A stretch of 64,000 nucleotides of DNA. It comes from Saprospiraceae bacterium (GTDB lineage Bacteria > Bacteroidota > Bacteroidia > Chitinophagales > Saprospiraceae). The stretch spans positions 7 to 64,006 of the forward strand of contig JBBKVK010000357.1 of assembly GCA_037968395.1 (NCBI GenBank). Reading direction: 5' to 3'. The position numbers and the translations under genes are program-made. Below are positions 56,904-64,000 of this stretch, piece by piece. The stretch's first letter is position 1. Each line of letters opens with the position of its first letter. Below the pieces are notes generated by a model. It saw only the letters and a list, made by a program, of their open reading frames with translations, made no database searches and was not told the DNA's origin.

Positions 56904-59900
56904 TTATTTATTTTGGGTTACGGTCGGTTCTGTTTTCGGATTCCAAATAAAACGTATTTCAGTGCCTTTATTTACTTCGGATATGACACTTAAGTTTCCA
57001 CCCAATTCCTTGGCACGAATTGCCATATTTTTAAGGCCGTTCCCACTTAACAAAGAATTTTTCCTATTTGTACTTTGATCGAAACCTATTCCATTATCAA
57101 TTACGGATAACTGAAACTTATTTTTCTTTTGGCTTAATGAGATTTTTATTTCTGATGCATTTGCATACTTAAATGCATTATTGGTCGCTTCTTTAAATAT
57201 AAGATAGACATTTCTTCTCTGTACCATATGTAATGCTACCTGCTTGATATTCTCATCTACTGCTAATGACACCTTAACCTCAGTGGCATCGCTCAACTCA
57301 GAAATGTAAGCTCTCATTCTCATTAAGAGGTTATCAATTTTATCATTATCAGAATTAATAGCCCACACTATATCATTCATAGATTCCATCACTTGAGTCG
57401 TACTTTCATTGATCCTTAAGAGCATATTTTGAGTAGCATTGGAGTCCGTATCTGCCATTTTTTGCGCAACTGTTCCAAATAATGAAATACTTGAAAGTGT
57501 AGATCCAATCTCATCATGTAGGTCTCTAGAGATTCGACTTCTGAGTTCAATGATTTTTTCTTTTTGGTTTTGACTATTCCTATATAATGCATATACGATT
57601 CCTACGATCAGACTTGAAGATAAAAGTACAAACCACCATGAATGCCACCATGGAGATGCAATAGACAAAGGCATTGAAATAGTCTTTTTAGACCATGAAC
57701 CATTATAACTAGCAGCTTTTACTTTAAAAGTGTAATCGCCAGAATTGAGGCCAGGATAGGTTACTTTTTGAGCACTTTTGAGATAATTCCAATCGTTTTC
57801 TAACCCTTCTAGTTTATATGCATATTGTATTTTGTCATTTTTATAAAAATCTAGCAATTTGAATTCAAAAGAAATGAAATTTTCATCGTGTGCTAGATTG
57901 ATAAAACTGTTTGTAATTGGATAATTTTGATTATTGACTTTGATAGAAGTTAATACTAAGTTTTTGGAAGAAGCGTAAGTTGAAATTTCTTTTGGAGAGA
58001 ACATATTAAAGCCATTGATGCCTCCAAATAACAACAAATTATCTTTTGTTTTACAAACTGCATTTGTATTGAATTCGTAACTCTGGACTCCTTCGTCTGG
58101 CATATATTGTTGACTTTGAAGTGTCTGAGTGTCAAACCAGCAAAGTCCTTTATTAGTCCCTAACCATAATTTGTTTTCCTCATCTTGTGCAATCGTATAA
58201 ATTGTATTGTCAGGCAGTCCTTCATTTGTTGTATATCGCTCGAATGAATTGCTCTTTTCAATATATTTATTCAAACCTCCATTAGATGTTCCAACCCATA
58301 TGTCACCAAAGGATGAAGTGATGATACTTCGAATATCATTACTGCTAAGGCTATTATTATCGTCAATTGAATTTTTAAAAACATCTATTTTATTTGTTTC
58401 CTGATTAATTTTGAAAAGCCCTGCACTTGTTCCGACCCATATTTGTCCTTTACTACCTTCAGCAATTGTAAAAATTTTATGAACATCCTTTTCACTTCTA
58501 CGCCATTTTTTAAAACTATAAAAGGTAGCTTGGTCACGAATATTCTTAAGATTCCCATTTGCCAATAAATCAGCACTTATTCTAATGACACCGCTCTGCA
58601 TTGATAACCAGAAATTGTTTTGTGAGTCAGTTAAAAGGGCATTAGAAGCAGAGAAACTAGTCTCAGGAAATGAATCTGTTAGATCAAGAATTTTATTATT
58701 GGTGTAGTCTAAATAGAAAATTTCGGCCTCTTCACTTTGAACCCAATATGTAATAAGCAAATTTTGGGCATTGTCACTCGCTATTGCCACAGCGCCATTT
58801 TCAGGATGTGGAGATGGCAAATCGCCTGGCATAAGTAGCGGTCTAAAGGTTTTATCTTTTTTATCAAAAATATTTATGGATGTAATTGAGCCAACTATTA
58901 TATCTTCCTTCCATTCAACTAAAGTCCGAATATTATTGGCATAAGCATTATTTGAATTTGACAGTGTAGAAATAAAAGTTTCAAAAATTGGTTTTTGAAA
59001 GTCCGCTTTGATAATTCCTTGACCAACACCAGAAATAAGAAAGGAATTTTTATCAATTTTATATTCTGGTATTGTTGAATTATTATATAATGAATTGGTG
59101 TTATTTGGTTCTGACAAATATTGATTGATGTTCCCATTTTGTGGATTTATAGTAAATAGCCCTTCTTTTGTTGTACCAAGAACTAGGCCGCCATCAGTTG
59201 TTTCAATTGCATTATGTGAATTGTAAAGTTTAAAATTATATTCAATGCTATGAACAGTTTTAGTAGAAGATAATTGATAGGTTATCAAATCATACCTGTA
59301 AACAATGTAGTTTAAACGGTCAATTATCCACCAACAATTTTGACCTAGTAGTAATGTAGAATATTTAAAACTCCATTTTTTATCCTTAAAAACTTGATCA
59401 TATTTGAGGAAATCAACGAATTCATTTTTTGTTTTATCAAAATACATAAGTTCTTGATGTGTAACCAACCAAATTCTCTTATCTATTCCTTTTACAAAAT
59501 ATGCTCGACCCAAATCTTTTGTTTCGTCAGTCTTATATGTATGTGTTTTGAATGTATTAAGATCCAGTTGAACTAACTTATTTTGCTTGTCAATAAACCA
59601 TATTTTTGAATCTTCAATTGTATTCAAAATGTACTGAGTATTCTCTATTTCAGGTACTTTGATACGAGTCGTATCAAAGTTTGGCAATTCAATTTTATAT
59701 AGATTATTACGGCTTAAATCCCAAAAGGTGACAGAATCAGTTTTTAAAATTTTGCGAGAACTAGAATTATATGGAATGCTTGGGATTTTACGAACATATT
59801 GTTGTAAAGTATCAAAGTAGTAAACCCCTTCTTGACTTGCAAAGAATAAGTTTCCCTGCCCATCATCAGTCATAGAAACGGCAGATATCAGACTCGAAGA

Positions 59901-60128
59901 TGCTAAGCCTTGAGTTTCTCTATAGGTTTTAAAAATTTTACCGTCGAACCTTGTTAATGGGTTTGCTAACCAAATATAACCAATACTATCTTGACCTAAA
60001 ACATTCATTGTCAAATTAGGCAATCCATCTTCTATTCCGTAGCGAGAAAATGACATATGTGAATCATCTTGTCCATAAGCATAACATCCAAGCAAGAAGA
60101 TCAGAATAATATGTATATATCTGTTCAT
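56904..60128 (-). CDS. Sensor histidine kinase: periplasmic propeller repeats, Y_Y_Y domain, TM helix, HisKA_3 and HATPase_c
   Basis: 1074 aa. GDYTFKVKAASYNGSW (Y_Y_Y), TM helix WWFVLLSSSLIVGIVYALY, H-box ISRDLHDEIGSTL and an ATPase G-box around GNGLKNM. It stops 3 nt before the response-regulator gene. Confidence 0.85.
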   Translation of the reverse strand: MNRYIHIILIFLLGCYAYGQDDSHMSFSRYGIEDGLPNLTMNVLGQDSIGYIWLANPLTRFDGKIFKTYRETQGLASSSLISAVSMTDDGQGNLFFASQEGVYYFDTLQQYVRKIPSIPYNSSSRKILKTDSVTFWDLSRNNLYKIELPNFDTTRIKVPEIENTQYILNTIEDSKIWFIDKQNKLVQLDLNTFKTHTYKTDETKDLGRAYFVKGIDKRIWLVTHQELMYFDKTKNEFVDFLKYDQVFKDKKWSFKYSTLLLGQNCWWIIDRLNYIVYRYDLITYQLSSTKTVHSIEYNFKLYNSHNAIETTDGGLVLGTTKEGLFTINPQNGNINQYLSEPNNTNSLYNNSTIPEYKIDKNSFLISGVGQGIIKADFQKPIFETFISTLSNSNNAYANNIRTLVEWKEDIIVGSITSINIFDKKDKTFRPLLMPGDLPSPHPENGAVAIASDNAQNLLITYWVQSEEAEIFYLDYTNNKILDLTDSFPETSFSASNALLTDSQNNFWLSMQSGVIRISADLLANGNLKNIRDQATFYSFKKWRRSEKDVHKIFTIAEGSKGQIWVGTSAGLFKINQETNKIDVFKNSIDDNNSLSSNDIRSIITSSFGDIWVGTSNGGLNKYIEKSNSFERYTTNEGLPDNTIYTIAQDEENKLWLGTNKGLCWFDTQTLQSQQYMPDEGVQSYEFNTNAVCKTKDNLLLFGGINGFNMFSPKEISTYASSKNLVLTSIKVNNQNYPITNSFINLAHDENFISFEFKLLDFYKNDKIQYAYKLEGLENDWNYLKSAQKVTYPGLNSGDYTFKVKAASYNGSWSKKTISMPLSIASPWWHSWWFVLLSSSLIVGIVYALYRNSQNQKEKIIELRSRISRDLHDEIGSTLSSISLFGTVAQKMADTDSNATQNMLLRINESTTQVMESMNDIVWAINSDNDKIDNLLMRMRAYISELSDATEVKVSLAVDENIKQVALHMVQRRNVYLIFKEATNNAFKYANASEIKISLSQKKNKFQLSVIDNGIGFDQSTNRKNSLLSGNGLKNMAIRAKELGGNLSVISEVNKGTEIRFIWNPKTEPTVTQNK

Positions 60129-60431
60129 TAATATAAATACAGTGTACTCAACATATTTAATTGATAGTTAATAATTTAATAATACAAATGTAAACAAAAG
60201 GCATTAGGCATTCCTTATTACAATCAGTGATATTAGTGTAAATCGGTAAGATATTGTCATTAGAATCAATAATAATCTTATTGGAATTAATTACTAAACA
60301 CTATAATTTAACGGAATATCATTGAAACTAGTAACATAATATTACACATCAGATATATAGTTTTGCATTATCGATTGAATATTAAAGAATTTTGATATTT
60401 ACCTATACTTCTATTAATAACCTATTAAATC

Positions 60432-62279
60432 ATGAAAAACATGAAACAACTATTACTTCTATTATTAGTCCCATTATCTGGCATATTGCATGCCCAAACA
60501 GGAAATGTAGGAATTGGAACTTCGTCTCCCAACCAAAAACTTCATGTAGAAAGCCTAGATACGACAGGTTATGCTGGTGCAATAAAGCTTAGTACTCCCA
60601 ATATGGATAGTTCAAGTCAAGCTGTATTGATGTTTGGAAAAAATACAGGTACAAGAAATCAAGCAGAAATCAGATATCATTTTGATGGAAATAGCAGCAT
60701 CAATAACCAATACCAATTCGGGTTTTCAAATATTCAACCATTTGTGTTTTTTAATGGCAATACTAGGGTAGGTATCGGAGAGGAAAATCCTGATGCAAAA
60801 CTTCACGTCAATGGCAATGTTAAGGTTTCCGATGGTACTCAAGGTGCGGGTAAGGTGCTTACCTCGGATGCAGATGGTTTGGCAACATGGGCAGAATCTA
60901 CAACAGATACTCTCAATATCATAGCAGATGCTGATAAGAATACGAACATTACAATTGATAATTCGGATATAATAAATATAAGTCAAAATGGAGTTCAATA
61001 TTTTAAATTAGATAACGGTAAATTCCAATTTGTAAATACCGGTGGAAATACTTATATCGGAGAAAATTCTGGGCAAAATGCAGATCTAGCCCTCGGAACA
61101 GGTAATACAGCTTTAGGCCATTTAGCACTTCAAAGTAATATGGGTAATGCAAGAGATAACGTTGCAGTAGGATCACAAGCAATGCAAGTTAGTACTACGG
61201 GAAGAGAAAATGTTGCAATTGGAAGACAAGCATTGCAAAATGGAACTCCAGGTGATGGTAATGTTGCGATTGGTATGAGAGCATTAAATGCAAATAGTGG
61301 ACAAAAAAATGTAGCTATTGGAAGAGATGTAATGAGATTTAACACGAATGGATCATTTAATACTTCAATCGGTCAAGAAAGCGGTAATCAAAATCAAGGA
61401 TCACTCAATGTTTTCATGGGGTATCAGGCAGGCTTTAATGAGACAGGTGATGAAAAATTGTATATAGATAATTCGAATACTAATACTCCTTTGATTTATG
61501 GTGATTTTGCAAGCAACGCCGTTACAATCAATGGAACGGCAAATATAACAGAAGATATTATAGTGAACAATGTCGTCATTGGAAGAAGAGGAACTACTAC
61601 GAATATGGTGGTTGGAGAAGGTGCACTAGAAAACTTATCAACAGGTCAATACAATACAGGAGTAGGTCAATTTTCTATGCAGAATAATGATGAAGGAACT
61701 GAAAATACTGGTTTAGGCTATAATTCTTTAACTTTAAACACGTCAGGTGGACAAAATACTGGCATTGGATCTGGAGCTCTATACAGAAATCAAACTTCAT
61801 CAAGCAATACCGCTGTAGGATATACTGCTTTAGGAGAATCAACTGGTGGAGGTAATACTGCCATCGGTGCATCTGCAATGGTAGATTTACTTACAGGTTT
61901 TGATAATGTAGCTGTGGGTGCAGGTGTAATGGGTGGTCTAGGTGCAGGCTCTCAAAATACAGCTATTGGCTATAACAGTGGATCTTTAGCTATTGGAAAT
62001 GGTAATGTATTCATAGGAAATAGAGCTGGATTTAATGAGACAGGAAATGAGAAATTGTATCTTGACAATACAGATACTACTACACCTCTTATCGGTGGTG
62101 ATTTTGCAAGCAACGCCGTTACGATCAATGGGACAATACACATCACTCAAACTGCCAAACTCACTCCTTTAGCAACTGCACCTGGATGCGGAGCAGGAGA
62201 TGCAGGATTGATGTACTTCGATGACACATCAAAAAAACTGAGAGTGTGTGATGGTACAATTTGGCAGGATACGTATTAA
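60432..62279 (+). CDS. Secreted repeat protein: tail-fibre-like N-terminal motifs, two blocks of YadA-head-like (Hep_Hag-type) repeats and a Cys-bracketed C-terminal knob
   Basis: Signal peptide ending LHAQ. GNVGIGTSSPNQKLHV and NTRVGIGEENPDAKLHVNGNV. Many N(V/T)A(I/V)G..A(L/M) 14-residue repeats. Duplicated AGFNETG(D/N)EKLY(I/L)DN..T.TPLI.GDFASNAVTINGT. C-terminus CGAGDAGLMYFDDTSKKLRVCDGTIWQD. No beta-barrel anchor and no T9SS CTD. Confidence 0.6.
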   Translation: MKNMKQLLLLLLVPLSGILHAQTGNVGIGTSSPNQKLHVESLDTTGYAGAIKLSTPNMDSSSQAVLMFGKNTGTRNQAEIRYHFDGNSSINNQYQFGFSNIQPFVFFNGNTRVGIGEENPDAKLHVNGNVKVSDGTQGAGKVLTSDADGLATWAESTTDTLNIIADADKNTNITIDNSDIINISQNGVQYFKLDNGKFQFVNTGGNTYIGENSGQNADLALGTGNTALGHLALQSNMGNARDNVAVGSQAMQVSTTGRENVAIGRQALQNGTPGDGNVAIGMRALNANSGQKNVAIGRDVMRFNTNGSFNTSIGQESGNQNQGSLNVFMGYQAGFNETGDEKLYIDNSNTNTPLIYGDFASNAVTINGTANITEDIIVNNVVIGRRGTTTNMVVGEGALENLSTGQYNTGVGQFSMQNNDEGTENTGLGYNSLTLNTSGGQNTGIGSGALYRNQTSSSNTAVGYTALGESTGGGNTAIGASAMVDLLTGFDNVAVGAGVMGGLGAGSQNTAIGYNSGSLAIGNGNVFIGNRAGFNETGNEKLYLDNTDTTTPLIGGDFASNAVTINGTIHITQTAKLTPLATAPGCGAGDAGLMYFDDTSKKLRVCDGTIWQDTY

Positions 62280-62298
62280 GAATCTTAATTAAATAAAG

Positions 62299-62345
62299 AT
62301 TATGGCTGAGGAAGTCGATCTATCTCAGCCATAATTCTAATTTAT
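62299..62345 (+). terminator. Intrinsic terminator after the repeat-protein gene
   Basis: Perfect 12-bp stem ATTATGGCTGAG (62299-62310) and CTCAGCCATAAT (62324-62335), followed by TCTAATTTAT. Confidence 0.7.
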
Positions 62346-62369
62346 AAAATAGCAAAAATTATAGGAGAT

Positions 62370-62780
62370 ATGACCATGAATCAATTTAAAATTAATAGAA
62401 ACATTAATACACCAATTCTTTATACTAAACCAATTAAGAGGATTGTAATATCAAATAATAATGGCAACCACTTCATCAATCAAAATGCAATTTTATACCT
62501 GAGATCTGAAGGAAACTATTGCCACATATATCTTGTGGATGGCACGAGGATATTGTGCTCGAAAACGTTAAAATCTGTCTCTAGTCAACTTAATAAAGAA
62601 CAATTTGTAAGATCTCACAACTCCATTGTTATCAATTGGAATTTGGTTACTCATATCAATAATTCCTTAGATGAAATCAAATTGGTAGGTGGAACTATTG
62701 TACCTATATCAAGGGCTAGAAAAAAAGAGTTAAAATGGAAAATCAACACTGAGCAAAACAAAGTGTTTGCTGAGCAGTAA
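62370..62780 (+). CDS. Stand-alone LytTR DNA-binding domain protein with no receiver domain
   Basis: AILYLRSEGNYCHIYLVDGTRILCSKTLKSVSSQLNKEQFVRSHNSIVINWNLV...VPISRARKKEL matches the LytTR pattern. 136 aa. Confidence 0.75.
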   Translation: MTMNQFKINRNINTPILYTKPIKRIVISNNNGNHFINQNAILYLRSEGNYCHIYLVDGTRILCSKTLKSVSSQLNKEQFVRSHNSIVINWNLVTHINNSLDEIKLVGGTIVPISRARKKELKWKINTEQNKVFAEQ

Positions 62781-62798
62781 AAGATAAAACATTTACTC

Positions 62799-64000
62799 CT
62801 ATCCCTTCATCAAAGTATGATTGATATCCGTATTAGAAGCTTGCCATGCTGGAATTATTGACGCTACAAGCCCAATTATTAACGATGCACCAAGTAACCA
62901 AAGTTCTTCTCGTAAGAATCTCCATCCTGAGAAGCTATATCTGAAATCTTCCATTAGGTATTTTGCTGTGATTTCTATGCCTATGTGTGCTAAGACTGTC
63001 CCGATGATCCAGCCAAGTATTGTCAATATCAATCCTTCCAAGATTACTAAGAGGAAAATCTTAGACCTGCTGCCTCCTAATACCCTCATCAAGGCTAACT
63101 CGTATTTGCGCTCTTTCATGGCTCTAAATAATGAGATGAATATGCTTATCGCTGACACAAATGCTATCAAGAAAGCGATGACTCTTATTCCTTCAGTCCC
63201 AATGCCAATCATATTCCTCAGCTTAGTAATCTCATAAGCGGGAGAGGCTGCTTGCATATTGGTATTCTCATTGATATTTCTAGGAAAACTTAGGCTTTGA
63301 AAATTAGTCTTATTCTTATACTGAACCAATATGGCTGTGATCTGCTTGTCTTGATGATTTAAGAGATCTGCTGTGCTGTTGTCATGCTGATGGTCGTGGC
63401 TTGCATGATTGTGGTCTTCATGATTATGATCATATTTACTCTCACCACTTTCGTCAGTATTACTTGTTTCTTTGGGACTTTCTTCATCGTGGTCATGTAC
63501 TGCCCATACTGTAGACGTACTCGTCAATATCAATTGGTCTATGACTGTCCCCGTCGGAGATAGTATCCCAACTACTTTAAACGACGAATGGTCGTGAGCT
63601 AAATTATCATCCTCTAACAATCCATGTGAACTCTTAAATTTATCTCCAATTTTTAATCCTGTTACATCAGCTACTTGCTTACCAATGGTCACTTCTAGAT
63701 CGGATTCATACAACTTGCCTTCTCCCACTTTGGCATTGTACATTTTCATAATGTCATAAGAAGTACCTACTATTCTGTAACTTCGATAGTTATCACCTAA
63801 AGATAATGGCACTGCCAGTTTGATCAATGGATGTTTAGGGTTTAGGAATGCTTTTGCCTCAGATATATTGATATTTCCCGTAGGGTTATCAATATGATAC
63901 ATGTTACACAATATCAATTGTAGTGGACTTCCTTTAGCTCCAATGACTAAATCTATGTCTGCAAAATTAGATTCAAACTTTTCTTTCAATTGGGTATTCA
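62799..64000 (-). CDS. FtsX/MacB-type ABC transporter permease with a histidine-rich periplasmic insert, 5' end beyond the window
   Basis: DLVIGAKGSPLQLIL motif, large extracytoplasmic domain and C-terminal FtsX TM bundle (ELALMRVLGGSRSKIF...). The reading frame stays open upstream of the TTG at 63989 to the window edge. Confidence 0.75.
   Translation of the reverse strand, partial: NTQLKEKFESNFADIDLVIGAKGSPLQLILCNMYHIDNPTGNINISEAKAFLNPKHPLIKLAVPLSLGDNYRSYRIVGTSYDIMKMYNAKVGEGKLYESDLEVTIGKQVADVTGLKIGDKFKSSHGLLEDDNLAHDHSSFKVVGILSPTGTVIDQLILTSTSTVWAVHDHDEESPKETSNTDESGESKYDHNHEDHNHASHDHQHDNSTADLLNHQDKQITAILVQYKNKTNFQSLSFPRNINENTNMQAASPAYEITKLRNMIGIGTEGIRVIAFLIAFVSAISIFISLFRAMKERKYELALMRVLGGSRSKIFLLVILEGLILTILGWIIGTVLAHIGIEITAKYLMEDFRYSFSGWRFLREELWLLGASLIIGLVASIIPAWQASNTDINHTLMKG

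Noticed and set aside
60392-60592. 66-aa ORF overlapping the start of the repeat-protein gene
   Set aside because: It is in a different frame from the well-supported 60432 start with its signal peptide, and it has no motifs. It is probably spurious.
60432-62279. Calling the repeat protein a trimeric autotransporter adhesin
   Set aside because: The YadA-head-like repeats are present, but there is no C-terminal membrane-anchor beta-barrel and no coiled-coil stalk. It is left as an adhesin or tail-fibre-like protein of unknown anchoring.
1-64000. Mobile elements, prophage, CRISPR arrays, defence islands and toxin-antitoxin pairs
   Set aside because: No integrase, transposase or recombinase motifs were seen. 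There are no Cas-like proteins, no regularly spaced direct repeats and no small paired ORFs typical of TA modules. No abrupt compositional change was visible by eye.

Overview
AT-rich, densely coding chromosomal segment that looks like a gliding, T9SS-bearing member of Bacteroidota, probably Flavobacteriia-like. Supporting signs are mutY-ssb-gldE-gldD synteny, a SusC/SusD pair, two proteins with T9SS C-terminal sorting domains, many lipoprotein signal peptides, and TAnnTTTG-type promoter boxes. I support about 46 protein genes. Most are housekeeping: rpiB, pepD, gmk, obg, adk, rsmA, ssb, mutY, cysS, mreB, rodA and a murF-alr fusion. Three parts look accessory or regulatory. (1) An eight-gene polysaccharide utilisation locus on the minus strand (13992-31502): a membrane Y_Y_Y/LuxR one-component regulator, a six-module CBM-like T9SS cargo protein, SusC, SusD, two GH144-like (putative endo-beta-1,2-glucanase) lipoproteins, an EEP-family phosphoesterase and a GH3. 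(2) The 574-bp cysS/mreB spacer, which carries a strand-specific intrinsic-terminator hairpin with no annotated gene to terminate. This suggests a candidate sRNA or cysS leader. (3) The right-hand end (56259-64000): a propeller/Y_Y_Y histidine kinase plus NarL-type regulator, divergent from a YadA-head/tail-fibre-like repeat protein. A stand-alone LytTR protein and an FtsX/MacB-type permease with a histidine-rich loop follow. I saw no rRNA, tRNA, CRISPR array, integrase, transposase or obvious defence or toxin genes. Nothing here is unambiguously a new system. The strongest candidates are the glucan PUL with its unusual accessory parts and the cysS-upstream RNA element. All family assignments come from motif recognition by eye and need HMM or BLAST confirmation.
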